DNA of 64,000 nucleotides, taken from positions 22,692,001 to 22,756,000 of the forward strand of contig OX597837.1 of the NCBI GenBank assembly GCA_951406725.2, in the 5' to 3' direction. This DNA is from Octopus vulgaris. Lineage: Eukaryota. Positions within the stretch are counted from its first letter, which is position 1; each line of letters starts with the position of its first letter. Shown one piece after another: positions 37,972-51,946 of the stretch. The notes under the pieces were generated by a model. It ran no database searches. It saw only the letters and a list, made by a program, of their open reading frames with translations, and was not told the DNA's origin. Position numbers and translations under genes: made by a program.

Positions 37972-38733
37972 AGAGAGAGACAGAGAGAGAAACTAATGTT
38001 TGAAATGTTACATGTAATAATAATAAGAAATAGTCATTAAAATTAAGTATATTTATGATTAGTGTTATTAAACTTTCCTCAGTTTCTGGATATCAATTAA
38101 CTGTAAACTAATTAAAGTTAAATATTTATCAAAGCGAGATAATTTAAGAGTGAAAATTAAATACAAAATTATTTCTAATTGTTGTTATATTTAAACTGAT
38201 AACATTAACAAATCAAATACATTTTATTGTTTATTAGGATATTATGAGAGTGAAAGTAAACTAAATATATTTATTTAGCAACATATAGAATTAGATATTT
38301 AAAATAATTTTTAGTTAGATTCCTTATTGTTTTGGAGTTAATTTCTTACAAAGTATTTTACTCATGAAATAATGAAACACATAAATCAAAAGAAATGTAC
38401 AAATAGACATTCAAAAATAAGAAGCAGAATTCTTTCCAAAATTAATTAATCTGTAAATGATTTCCAAAGATAAGATAAGATTATAATATTATAAGATAAT
38501 AATAATGGTTTCAAATTTTGGCACAAGGCCAGAAATTTCAGGGGAGGGGCTAAGTCGATTGCATCAATCCCAATGTTCAATTGGTACTTATTTTATCAAC
38601 CCTGGAAGGATGAATGGCAAAGCTGACCTTGGTGGAATTTGAACTCAAAACATAAAGATGGATGAAATACCACTAAGCATTTTGCCCATCACTTTAAAGA
38701 TTCTATCAGCACACAATAATAATAATAATAATG

Positions 38734-38790
<57 letters not shown>

Positions 38791-39042
38791 TAATAATAAT
38801 AATCCTTTCTACGAAAGGCATAAGGCCTGAAATTTTGAGGGTGGTGGTGGGGGACTAGTTGATTACATTGATCTCCAGAACTGATACTCAATTTATCAAT
38901 CCCAAAACGATGAAAGGCAAAGTCAGCCTCGATGAAATTTGAACTCAGAATGTAAAGATGGACAAAATGCTGCTAAGGATTTCACCTGGCATGCTAATAG
39001 TTTTTGCCTGCTCACTGCCTTAAATAATAATGATGATATTAA

Positions 39043-39075
<33 letters not shown>

Positions 39076-42001
39076 AAAGCCTCAATGAAAAAGACAATAA
39101 TTTTCTTGCTCAGAGAAATTTTTCTTCAATTTCTTTTTCATTCCCCATTCCACTATTTATCTGGTTTCAGTTTGCTTTTAGCAATATATCCCTGATGCTA
39201 ATCAATGTACATTGATTACTAAGAAAGCAGTACATATATTATGGAGAAAAAAAAACTCCCAACAAATCAAAATGAATAACCTTAGTCTTCACGAAAGAAA
39301 GTTTCAAGATATTCGCTTCTCATTACACTAATACTTAGCCATTATCTCTAACTTGGTTTCTTTCCATTTCAATGTGTTATCAATGAACAATAGTTATAAA
39401 GTGATGGTGATGTGGGGGAGTCAGAAAATATTGTTCTGTAGTTGATACTAAAGCTTTTAGTTTTGGCTTGAAAACTGAATTAAAATATTTTCCCCTTATA
39501 AATTGAAAATAAATTATACAGCTTTTAACATAAGTAGTTTATGGGTAACCTAAGTAAAGCAGTTTACGGTTAATTGGTGAACACTTATAGACTGTACATA
39601 TTTTGTTATTATTATTATTATTATAATTATCATCATCCTCATTTAACGTCCACTTTTTTATGCTGGCATGGGTCAGATTGAACTTATTGAGGTAGATTTT
39701 CTACAGCTTGATACCTTCCTGTTACCATCCTTTACCTGTTTCTAAGCAGGATAATATTTTCCTATACCTATGCATGTTTTTTCACAGAAGACTGGAAACA
39801 AACAACCTCACTTGTATCATGGTTCTGTTCATTTATAATCATCATGTGATGTCTAGACAAGAGTATAAACAAACATATACATATATGACAGACTTTTTTC
39901 AATTTCTGTCAACCCAATCTACCCACAATGCTTTGGTCAGCCTGGGTTTATAGTGGAAGATACTTGCCCAGAATGCCACACCGTGGGACTGAACCCAAGA
40001 TCACATGACTGGTAAGTAGGCTTCTTCACTAGTTCACTACTTGTGTGTGTGTGTGTTCACTTAAAATCCTACAAAGTCCGATATTGCTTTTGAACACATC
40101 TAGATTAAGTAAATGTCTCAGTTTTCAAATATAGACTGTGTATCTAATCATGATAGATCATCATCACCAGCCACCTCTGCTGATTGATATGAATAATCAA
40201 ATTCTCTAGCTGAAGCTATAAAATTATTCAGTTAAACAAGTAGAAAGACATCGAGAAATATGCAGACTTGACACAAAAACAGAGGTAAATTTACACAATG
40301 AAGGTAAATTTACACTTCAAGTATTGAAAGAGCAATAAACTCTCCATCAAAGACTGAGGTGTTAATGATAATATAATTAGTTTATGCAAGATCTGTGAAC
40401 GAGTGTGAAATTCAAAAACAGTGATAATGATGCTAACATACATACATTGTTAAACTTCATATTCATACAACAGATTTAGACATTACAATGTGAATACCAG
40501 ATCTGTTGTACCTTAAATTACACTGCTACTATGCAGTATAACACTTCTCATAAGCGGTTCTATGGTCGAGTAACCGAGTAAGGGTTCAGATATGGGTATT
40601 TGGTTAAGAAAATTGCATCTCAGCCACAAGGTTTTGATCCCAGTGCAAAGTATTATGGGCAACTACAGTTATTTCTTTACTACCCACAAGGAGCTAAACA
40701 CAGAGAGGACAAACAAGGACAGACAAACGGATTAAGTCGATTACATCGACCCCAGTGCGTAACTGGTACCATAGCCTGAAGCTGCATAGAAGCACATCAC
40801 ACACACACACATATATTTTATGCAAGTTTGTGTGTCTTTTTCACTTTATATTAGCGATAAATCAGTGCTTGTCACACAAATTCCACTGAGTTACAGACAA
40901 TCCTGTGTCACACTCACAGCCAGAAATGTAGTAAAGTAGAGATTGGTCCATAAGAAACTTGGAATGAATTATGCTCTAGTTCACATATATTTCCATACAC
41001 AAAAATGATTGGCCAAGAAGTATGATCCAGGCTTGATTGAGACAAATATCATATATAATAAAATTTCTAATGTTTAATAGCCAGATTGACAATGTCGTCT
41101 CATGGGTGTTAGATAAGGAAACTGGGTATAATGATGACAATGGTGAACATTTCTTCAATTATTGTATTTTATATTATATCTGGATTAGTAGCTAGAATTA
41201 GCGTTAAAAAATAGATATGTAAACCTACATAGAAAATGTACAAACAAGGCTAATTTAACTACTATAAAAACAGGCACTCCATCTGTTATGACATTGAAGG
41301 TTCCAGTTGATCTGATGAATGGAACACCCGGCTTGTGAAATTAGTGTGCAAGTGGCTGAGCACTCCACAAACACACGTACACTTAATATAGATCTCTGGG
41401 AGATTCGTTGTGACAGAGAATGTAACAAGATTTGTCCTTTGAAATACAAGTATGACTCACTTTTGCCAGCTGAGTGAACTGGAACAATATGAAGTAAAGT
41501 CTTGCTCAAGGACACAACATGCTGCTGGGAATCAAACCCATGATGTTATGATCCACTAAACCATGCATCTTTACATGGCTCAGTGGTTAGAGTGTTGGGT
41601 TTACAATAATGAGTTCAATTCCTGGACTGGGCTGTGTGTTGTGTTCTTGAGAAAGCCGTTTTATATCACGTTGCTCCAGTTCAGTCAGCAGAGGAAGGAG
41701 TTATGATGTCACTGATTCCAAGCTGTATTGGCCTTTGCCTTTCCCTTGGACAACATGCAAGGCTGACTGCTGGTCTTTCAAAAACAACCTTGCCTGGACT
41801 TGTGTCTTGGAGCATAACTTTCTAGGCAAAATCTAAATTAATTATGAAGAGTGAAAAATGATGAACAGCCTTAATCAATTTTTAACTTTTATTGGGGTTT
41901 CATCAGATGTGTTCACATTATTTGTCCAATTCCAGGGAAATAAGCAACTAATCTGTTTTACTTATACAAGTAAAGGGTAGGGTAACATACTATTTTTGAA
42001 T

Positions 42002-42305
42002 ATTTTTGAATAGTGATTTGGGTACTGTTATTATTAACTTGCTAACATATAGCTAAAGGACATATTTATATAAAATAGATTTTGTTTTAGAAATAGGCAT
42101 TTATATTTGATAGACTGTTCCAGGTGTTAAAATTAGGAATCCTTTGTGAAATATATTGTTTGGCTCCCCAAATTGAATTCTTTGATTTAATATAAAAATT
42201 GTAGTTTAGACAAATTTCAGGATACAACATTTACCCATTGCATAATTAGAGTGGAATCATATTTTAAGAAATACTGTAAAATTAAAACTATTATCATATA
42301 ACATT
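42002..42305 (+). repeat. 304-bp near-identical copy of 34852-35155
   Basis: Line-by-line identity at an offset of 7150, with one mismatch seen (34964 G versus 42114 A). Confidence 0.93.
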
Positions 42306-45300
42306 CAGAGAGCTGAAAACAATTAATTTGCATACTATAAGTGTTTCACCCTTTATTTAATATCCTGAGTGACGAAAGCTGGTATGGTATGGAATTTTAG
42401 CAGTTTTCTTTTTTTTATTCTACAGTGTATAAGCTTTCCTCAGTTTATATTTACGTAGTGATTTAGGTAAATCACCAAACAGAACAACATTAAAACATTG
42501 TCTTGCAAACATTACAGGGAAAGTGAGATGAATTTTTGTTGGCAGACAACGTTAATATAATCTAGAATTGTTTTAAGTTGTGAAACTGATGGTGCAGACA
42601 ATATTAATATAATCTAGAATTGTTTTAAGTTGTGAAACTGATGGTACAATTGACAATATCAGTAATATATATGTTTATATTACCTCTCTAAGTTGATATT
42701 TTAATTATCTAGCTCATAACTTGTAAGAATATACCTAACTATATTCTGAAATAGACTGAATTGAAATTGACCAGATGATAGTTGAATTGAGTAAAATGAA
42801 ATACTAAGAAATGGTTCTTCAAGAAAATTATATGAGATCAATAAGTTTTCTGATTTATGATGGTTAAATTGAGAGAGAGAGAGAGAGGGTGGGGAGAGAC
42901 ACAGATCAATTTAATTTGTGAAAGAATTCTGCGGATTACTTTGATCATTAAAATATATCTCAACAATGTGATCATATATACAGAATAATCTGATGAAAAA
43001 AGCAAACAGACAATAGATTAATGGTAACATGAATTAAGAAAATAAATATTTCCTCAAACTGCAGCCAGTCTTAGAGATTATTAGATAAATTATTATTATT
43101 AACTGATGAGTAATTTCAACTTAACATTGATCATATAAATTGTGGAAGTGAAATGGTAGAGTCCGAGGAAACTAGCGATGGTGGTCAGTGTCAGAAGTTA
43201 GTAAATAAATATAAAATGTTCACTAAGTGGAATGAATTACTTTGTCATGAGGAAAATGAATTTTCATCAACGGGTTTCTGCCTGAGATGTTATGTTTCTC
43301 AAAAACTTTGTTTAAATAACTTTTGGAAATATATGGGTGAAGGCATAACTATGTGGTTAAGAAATTCACTTTACAAATGTGGTTCTGAGTTTGACCACAT
43401 TTCTAGACACATTAGGCAATAATAATCCTCTCTACTAAAGGCGCAAGACCTGAAATTTTGTGAGGAGGGGACTAATCAATTACATCTATCCCAGTGTTCC
43501 ACTGGTACTTCATTTAAAGAGCCTGAAAAGATGAAAGGCAAAGTCAACCTAAGCAGAATTTGAACTTAAAATGTAAAGACTAAAAAAATGCCACTAAACA
43601 TTTTGCCCAGTGTGTTAAAAATTCTGCCAACTCGTCATCTTAATAGTAATAATAATAATAAATAATAATAATAATAATAATAATGTTTCATCCCCCAAAG
43701 CTGCTCTATTGAGGACAACTAGGATTTTAAGATTGAGACTTGGGTGTTGAGTATCTTCCATGATACTTACCACCTAAGTACCAAGTTTTATAATTCGTGG
43801 AAAGAAACCCCATGAAACCTTTGGCAACAGGATGCAGTCTGCGCTCACAGAATTATCCAGAACAAGTAAGATCAGGAGCTCTAGGAAGTAAAATTTAGTA
43901 GTAGTAGTAGTAGTAATAATAATACTAATGTTTTACTAGTAATAGCAGTATTAGTTTTATTTATATATCAGTTTTGAAAAATGGTAGAAAATATGTCTGT
44001 CGAATGAATGTTTGTGAGTTTCAACTGAATTAAATGTAGAATTGTTTTTGTTTAATCGAATCATACAAGATTTTGTTGGTAAATTTGTAAATTACATTTC
44101 CATAGAATAATGTTTCTTCCAGCAGAACACATGCTGGTAACATCTTTTTCGATGTTGCATCCACCATATTCTGGCAGATAGAGAAACAAAACCAACAAAC
44201 AAAGCAATTTATATGTTGCATGTTCTTTAAAGTTTATACAACAAAGAATAAATGGAAAAAAAAAAAAAATTTTGGAAACATCTTATGTTTTTTTTAACAG
44301 AAATGATTGACATCTCTCATTTCTTCATATTCAAGCAGATAAAAATTTACTGCTTTTACAAAACCTAACTACAGCTAAAAGAAAACTTGGAACTTAACAC
44401 ATGTTATTGCCAGGAAATTCTTGCCCTCTATTTTTGCATCCTTGTTTTTAAAAAAAATCTACACCAGATTCCTCTGTTCATTGGTGTTTATATTTTGAAG
44501 GCAGAATCAGTGAATGCAGCTGGTGAGGTTGATAATATATTGAAACATCCAAATTAAGATCTTGGGGAAATTACATTTTTTTTTATCAGCACTTTAAAAG
44601 TAATGATGGATGTCCAATTAGTTTGTGATCAATAATGAGTTTAAATAAAATTTAAACTAGTTTTTTTTTTTAGATGAAAAAGTTATTTTTCTTCTTATTG
44701 AAATTATCAACTTCTTATTGTTTTTCTTCTAAAATCTTAATTATTTCAGTTTCTCAGCAGTTAAAAAACTGTTATCAGTTCTCCAGTTAGTGAAGTGTAT
44801 GAGTTCAATTTCTTGCTGAGCCTTTTCCCCTTGAATACACCTTATACTATGGTAATACTTACTTATAACTTTCTTTCAATAATTGAAAATAACTTAAAGA
44901 GTTATTATTCTAATCCAAACAGAAGAGAAATGCATAAACTGTATAGTTATGCTTGGCTCAAGAATCACACTGTCACATTCCATTTTAGTTATTTTATCAT
45001 TACTCTGCCAACTTACCACCAGAGTTGGCAGAATAATGATAAAATAACTAAAATGGGATGTGATAGTGTGATTCTTGTTGTGTTCAACTTACCACCAGAG
45101 TTGGCAGAACTGTTGGCAAGTCAGGCAAATTGCTTAGTTACATTTCTCCTGTCTTTACATTCTGAGTTCAAATTCTGCTGAGGGTGACTTTGCCTTTCAT
45201 ACTTTTGGGGGCCAATAAAATAAGTACCAGTTGAGCACTGGGGAGTCAATGTAATTTTAAACCATTATTACTCTGGGGTAATTGTATTTATTGAGGTGAG

Positions 45301-45612
45301 AATAAAACTAAATGTGTTATTAAGTATCTGACAAGAAATAATTGCAACAGATCTTCCTAAATTTCACTATTGCCAATGGAATTTCTCCTCTTTTAGTCAG
45401 GTGCGAAACTGCAAGAATGCTGTTATCAATGTTGGTACAATGAAAAATGTCTGGAAAGAGTGTTGAGATGGCAGAATACAATCAAGCTGATGTATACCGA
45501 ATAATGAAAGGTAAAATACCAGGGTGCCTCATTCCTTACAGGATACAAATGATTATTTTTGGGTGGTAACCATGGTAGAGTAAGCATAATGTTGGTCGAG
45601 AAATGGTTAGAT

Positions 45613-45862
45613 CAGTGGTTCTCAAATGGAGTCCATTTGACCCTTAGGGGTTCATATAAGATTTTGTCATTAAAATCTGTGCTATACATTGATTATACTT
45701 CTTCAGCATACAAAATATTTTAACAATTTTTTGGTACAATTCCTAATAATATTTAATTATGAAAATATAAATGGATTTTTTTAAACATTGAATGACTACA
45801 GAAGTCTAAGTGAAAGAGGAATCAAATAGGCCCATAGGTAAAAAAATGGTTGAGAACCACTA
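45613..45862. mobile_element. hAT-type MITE
   Basis: TIRs CAGTGGTTCTCAA / TTGAGAACCACTA with an exact 8-bp TSD GGTTAGAT. Confidence 0.85.
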
Positions 45863-46539
45863 GGTTAGATAAAGTAACTGAGGCAGTCAGACTATGTGAT
45901 AATAATTAAACTTAGATTCAACCATGCCTGTATCCACTGATGTAGGCATAGCTAAAAGGTTAAGAAGTTCATTTTACAGTCATGACATTCCAAGCCTTGT
46001 GAGTGAAACTAGGTAGTTGGAAACTGTGTGGAAGCATAATGAATGTACAGGGCCTGCAATTGTTTTGTCCAGTCTTGTCACATATTGTATGATGCTAATA
46101 TGGCTTGAGACTTAAGTTAAGAGCATATATATGTCTGTGAAATACCCAGCTATTTGCTTATTTGATTTAACAAGTAGTTAGTTCAGTTGGATGAACAACT
46201 GAATGTTCATTGCTGAAATTGAAAAAGCATCCATCAAATAAGCTTTCAAGCAACATGACACCAACACTGACTTCTGCATATTCACTGCCATCAAAACTGA
46301 CGGATGTGTAAGGGGTCGTTTTTATGAGGACCCTTGGGCGACAGCCTTGGCAACGGATGATAGTGATCTACTTATAATAGCTGATGTCTTTTATAGACAT
46401 GTTAGACAACATTGTGAGAATTACTTTGATGTATGCAAAAGCTATGGTACATGATACAAGGAATGAAATGGAATCAAGTCTGGAGCTCAATGACACAAAC
46501 CATTTACCATACTGATTCCAGCTATTGGATCAACTATTA

Positions 46540-47420
46540 ATTAAGTGAACAGAATAGTATTTGCATTCACCATGAAACAGGACATATAGATGGTTGTGAA
46601 TACTTTTCCTCAGTGAAGAATGTATTGCAAAACCAACCTGTGACATCAAAATAGAAGCGAAATGGTTTCAAAGATACAAAACAATCTAGAGAAGGAAGAT
46701 ACAGAAGATGAAAGATCCCTTGCTTACACATAAGTTCAGAGAACTACCAGGTGAAAGGTAAGAGGAAAGAAGAAAAAGTGATGTATAACATAGAAGGCAA
46801 CTGGGAGTTTCTACAAGATAATCTACTGTCGGACATAGATCAGATGTGTGAATGGAACAAGTACCAGCAAGGTGGAAGATGACATGATGGTGGAATATGG
46901 TACAGTAGATAGATCGATTAAAATCTAAGAGACAGGTCTGGAAAGCAAGGGACAATACCAGGTGTCTAGAATTTAGATGTGTCATATATTTAGTATGGAG
47001 AAAAGATAGATGTTTGCTGGTGGTGTTTTATAATGTGAGTTAGAGTAATTTCAGATGGCAAAGCAATGTGTCAGCGTGAATCAGAAACATGACTGAGAAA
47101 AGTATATATAGATTGCTAGTGGCACACCCAAACCCTCACTGATGCAGAGAAGACACAGGCATAGAAATGCGAGTATGAGAAATTGCCAAATGAGGAGACT
47201 ACATGGGAGAGGGTGCACACTCAAGAGAAGACCCAACTGTTGAAGTTGACACATATATTGAAATGGCCAATAAGGATATGATGTTAGAAAAGGCAGCTAG
47301 AGTATCAGAGATAATTGCTGAGATATGGTAAATAGAGGCAAACAGGATATACCAATGTTTGACTAGCATCATTGGCATCTCATGACTGGCATAGACAATT
47401 GTTGTGGTGCTACTCCAAAC
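46540..47420 (+). mobile_element. Highly decayed RTE-like LINE remnant
   Basis: Purine-rich degenerate ORF2-like pieces (KRQVWKA; DWHRQLLWCYSK, resembling the DW..S.IV..YK motif that precedes RT). Confidence 0.45.
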
Positions 47421-47748
47421 TGTTTTGGCAAGGGGAAATCACTACTGGTTCCTGTCTTCAGTCATGTGCAGTGGTTCACAGTGCTGTCAGACCAAAATTC
47501 TGTTTGTTTCTTTTTTCACCATCATTCAAGTACACCCTCAAGAATGGTTTTGAACAGGTAAGTTATGTTGGAACACATATCCATACCAGGTGAGTTTTTA
47601 GAATTTCAGTGTAGTTACCTGATACGAATTTATTTAAAATTAACAAGTTATCTAATATTATATAAAGTAGATAAGATGTTTTCCTCATGTTTTTGATTGT
47701 TTTGTTTTAAGTAAAAAACATCAATTATTTATAGACTAGCTTTAGGTG

Positions 47749-47918
47749 TTCATGGATTTGCCTCTAATATCCATAGATTTACCTCAAAAATTCATAGGTT
47801 CATCTCAGAGATTTATTGATTTGCCTTGGATATTCAGATATTGCTGCAAAATTTATAGACTTTCCTATGGAAATTAATAAATTTGCCTCAGAAATTTATA
47901 GATTAGCCTTGAATATTT
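47749..47918. repeat. Degenerate 21-bp minisatellite, about 8 units
   Basis: Consensus near TTYATAGATTTGCCTCARAWA. Confidence 0.7.
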
Positions 47919-48087
47919 TAGGTTAAAGTTATTGAAACTGATGAAAGGAATAATTAATGCTAATTTTTGATAGAGAAGATAATTAATTAATTAGTTAAAA
48001 TGTTTTTGGCTTGCAGTGAGGTTTGAAGTAGATATAAGAAAGTAATATAAAAAAAAAATGGAAAAAAAAAATGAATTAAATATTTAC

Positions 48088-48209
48088 TTGGTCACTGGTT
48101 GGAGATTTGCATTCATCAGTAAATATTTGTCCAGTATTATTAGCATCAAGAGGTTGTGGTCTTTTTCCACGGGGAGAACGAGGTGCTCGCTGGTATGGAT
48201 CCATAGATC
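48088..48209 (-). CDS. STXBP5: Tomosyn internal coding exon (122 nt, phase 1 to 0), last constant exon before the hypervariable domain
   Basis: Hand translation (too short for the ORF track): (G)SMDPYQRAPRSPRGKRPQPLDANNTGQIFTDECKSPTSDQ, versus tomosyn GSNDPYRREPRSPRK...EDRCKSPTS. Acceptor ttccag, donor GTAAAT. Confidence 0.92.
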
Positions 48210-49354
48210 CTGGAAACAATTGTAAAGAATAAATAAATACAGCCCAGACAATGAATTTTGTGTTTTAAAATATACATTTCTATTTTGGAGACCCAGGGAT
48301 AAATCTAGAAGGAGATGGTTGGATAATATCCACAGTCTCAGTTGGTGATGCTTAGAATTGCAGCTGGAAAGTGTTTATTGATGACTGCTTCTGATAGGAC
48401 CCTTTGGAGGAGGTGCCTAAGGACTCTACCCCGATGATCATCTCAGGAATAGTGGGTGGAGAAGATACAGGGATGGATGGCTAGAACAATGGATCTTGAA
48501 GCACATAAAATTATAAATAATAGCATGTAAGTATTGAGTTGAACCCCACCCCAAATTGAAGGCTGTCCTTGGGGCCTGAAACTATACCTTGTGTAGGTAC
48601 AATGGGTTCATTTGATTCAATTAAAGAAAAAAAACCCAAAACTGACTTCTAAAAATTCACAATATTTTTCTTATAAATTGAGGAGAGAAAGAGGTAGCAC
48701 CAATGACATCTGCATGTCAATATCTGCAGGAAACACGGAAGGGAGGAAACGAAGAATTTGGTCTGGAAGTTTACCCAAATGAACTCTTCAATTAAAGGTG
48801 TCCAATGACTGGCTGGTGGTGTCCAAGTAATTGTTTCTGAGGCACAAGGCTAGAAATTTTGGGGAAAGGGAACAGTTAATATTATACCAACCCCAGTACA
48901 TGACTATTACTTTATTTCATTGACCCTGTAAAGATGACCATGGCAGGATTTGAAACCAGAATACAACACAGAAAGTGCTGTAACTAAGTACTACATAGTA
49001 TTCTCTTTGAGACTAATAATTAAGCTAATCCATTGCTCTATGTTAGGATCAGATAATAAAAATTTATAAAAGAAAGAGGATCTAAGAATGACAGGAATAT
49101 ATGTGATGACAACAAGTGAATAGATGTAAAAATAAATGCAAAACGGACCCAGAAAGATAGTGAAATAAATATAAACATGATGAAGTAGATTTAAAGTTGA
49201 AATAATACAATGACAGATTATAATGTATTCAAAATAGATATATGATCTGGCCAAAAATAAATCAACATTGAGAATTCAAATCTTTTATTCTATGACAGCC
49301 GATTAAGCCAGAAGTTATCTTTAGTTTCTGTAAGTATTACGAGGACAATGTATA

Positions 49355-49955
49355 TTAGTAACAGAGGCAGTATTAATATTGCAAAGTAATATTTATCTCC
49401 ACTTAAACATGAATGTATTGTTGGAACAAATTATACTGTGGTAGATGTCATGAGAGAAACTCTCATATTGGCTTTTGGTGTAAAATGCACCCTTGTTGAT
49501 ATCACTAGTAGAGAAAAAAATCTCCACCGTCTCCAACACTGAGCCCATCAGCTCACATAATTTTGACATTCCTTAGTCTTGTCAATGATGAACACTCAAC
49601 TGCTAGAGATAGCAGCAACTCATCTCCCAACTAGTGATATATAGCAAAACAGTGCCAGAACAGGCACTGATGTTGCGATTAACCAGTGAGCTTGTTAAAA
49701 AATATATATTAGCAATAGAGGCAATATTAATACTGAAAGGTAATATTTATCCCCACTTAAACCTGAATGTTCTGTTAGAACAAACTATACTGTGGTGGAT
49801 ACCATGAGAGAAACTCTCGTACTGGCTTTTGGAGTGATGGAAACAAGAGTGCATTTTGCACCAAAAGCCAGTATGAGAGTTTCTCTCATGGTGTCTACTG
49901 CAGTATACTTTGTTCTAACAGAACATCTAGGTTTACGTGGGGATAAATATTACCT
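49355..49955. repeat. Triplicated 120-150 bp unit: two direct copies and one inverted copy
   Basis: 49355-49507 resembles 49707-49832; 49833-49955 is their reverse complement. Confidence 0.9.
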
Positions 49956-50602
49956 ATGAGGACAATGAACAGTGCTCTAAATCTCACAGTAATCGCCTGC
50001 ATAGACTGCAAGAAGCAGATAGAGTAAAATGTCTTGCTGAAAGGCACAAACTAGAGGCTGTCAGTGAAATAGGAAATCAACAGAATAAGTGCCTAACATT
50101 TATAACATGAATTTATATGACAGCAGCGAATTGATTTATTTAGCAATCAGCACAGTGAAGGCGCATGGCTTAGTGGTTAGCGTATTCAGCTCATGGTTCT
50201 AAGGTCATCAGTTCAATTCACAGTGATTCATTGAGTCCATGGGCACCTTGATGATTTGCATTGGGTATCTTCAATATGTTATCTCAGATTAAATCCTTTT
50301 GTGCTGAAATACAAACTGGCACTCTGCATTGGTTATGATGATGAGGGTTCCAGTTGATCCAATCGATGCATCAGCCTGCTCATGGAATTAACGTGCATGT
50401 GCATGTACTCCACAGGCACGTGCACCTGTCATGTAGATCTAATTGAGTCAATGCAATTTCAAATTACTTGATTAATTCTAATCAAAATTTAATGTGGTTT
50501 TGTTCATTTAATAAGGACTTTATTTGAAAGTAGGCAGTATTTGGAAGAACTGTAGGATGGGTGTCTTAGGTAATGCAATAATATACAAGTAAGAATATTC
50601 AC

Positions 50603-50691
50603 CATACAAATCAGGTGTCCCAATATTAAGCAAACAAATTTTCTGGATTATGTCCACTACAGCTAGACCAGATTCATTGCCAAAAGCCATT
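50603..50691 (-). CDS. STXBP5: Tomosyn internal coding exon (89 nt, phase 2 to 1)
   Basis: Translates MAFGNESGLAVVDIIQKICLLNIGTPDLY(G), matching tomosyn VFGNCNGIAMVDYLQKAVLLNLGTIELYG. Acceptor tttcag, donor GTGAAT; phases join both neighbouring exons. Confidence 0.93.
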
Positions 50692-51800
50692 CTGAAATAA
50701 ATAAATAAATAAAAAAGTATGTTTGTATATATGTATATGTTTAAAAATGTAAGAATAAAAATGGTAAGTTTCATTCAAAGAAAGGCTGAATAACTAAACA
50801 AGAATATCTAATCCTACAATAACAATCAACATTCAAATACCAATTCTTTAAACATTATAGAAAGAAGCATTCCAAGACCAATTGTAATTGTTCAATTCTG
50901 ATTAACTTGTTAACCCCGGACTGCTCCACTAAAGTAACTAATCAAATGCTCAAAAGTGATCCACAGATCAAGATAGTCAGCTATGGGTAGTCAAATTTTG
51001 TTGTTTGACCAGTGTTCATGATATGGTTATCGCATTCTAGCTTTGGTTAATCTGTCTTGGAAGTGAGGACTGAATTGATATTAATTCTGATAAGTTATAA
51101 CATAAAGAGGAAGTAATTCCGAACAGCATTTATTAGAAAGAATTTTTGTTTCTGAAGAATATAACCTTTGTCCACGAAGGATATATCTTTACTAGTTTAT
51201 TTGATGAAACACTGAAAAATAAATGTCAAAATTAACTCTTGAGTAATACACAACTCACTGCTTATCCTTTTGTTTTTCAGCTCTTGTTTTAGTAGTATCT
51301 CCTATACTTATATTTCTCTTCCAAATTGAGATCAGTCATTGCACAGAGAAATTTTAATTCACAACATTGTTGTAGTTATTACAAAACTTAGTCAATTATC
51401 TTTCTAAAAGCGTTTCTGCACCATTTCTGCAGCTTAACTGCCACCATGTGATGATTAGGCCATCACCATAAAGTGACAAAATTAAACATATTTATCAATC
51501 AAATGAAATTAATTAAAAAAAAAAGTTATTGGAAGTTAATCTTGAAATCAGATAAAATTTATGTCCAGACTTGTTTATACTAAAAATAAATCAAAAACAA
51601 CTACATGAAAATTAAAATAATATTCTAAAATCTGTTTTAAAATACTTTCTAACTTCAAAGAGAATTGTTTCTTAGTTTTTAAAGAGGTTGTATTTCAAAG
51701 TCAAATGGAAAGCAAAAAAGAAATAAGTTCTATTTGGAAGCTGACTGAAGTTCACATTTATACTATTCTACATAGTCAAAGACGGGAAAAATGAACTCAC

Positions 51801-51946
51801 AGGCCATAGGAAGAATTAACACATATACTAGTCACATTCCCTGGATGCTCATTGTCAATCCATGCCAAAAGACACACTATGTCAGGCTGGAAACCTGGGT
51901 TCCATCGCCGCTGGGAGGGTTTTACCTTTAATGCTGTGCTGTATTC
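51801..51946 (-). CDS. STXBP5: Tomosyn / syntaxin-binding protein 5 internal coding exon (146 nt, phase 0 to 2)
   Basis: Translates EYSTALKVKPSQRRWNPGFQPDIVCLLAWIDNEHPGNVTSICVNSSYG(L). This matches the recalled vertebrate tomosyn segment LKVK..PGYQTELVIQLVWV..ITSLAVNSSYGL. Acceptor tcttccag, donor GTGAGT. Confidence 0.93.
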
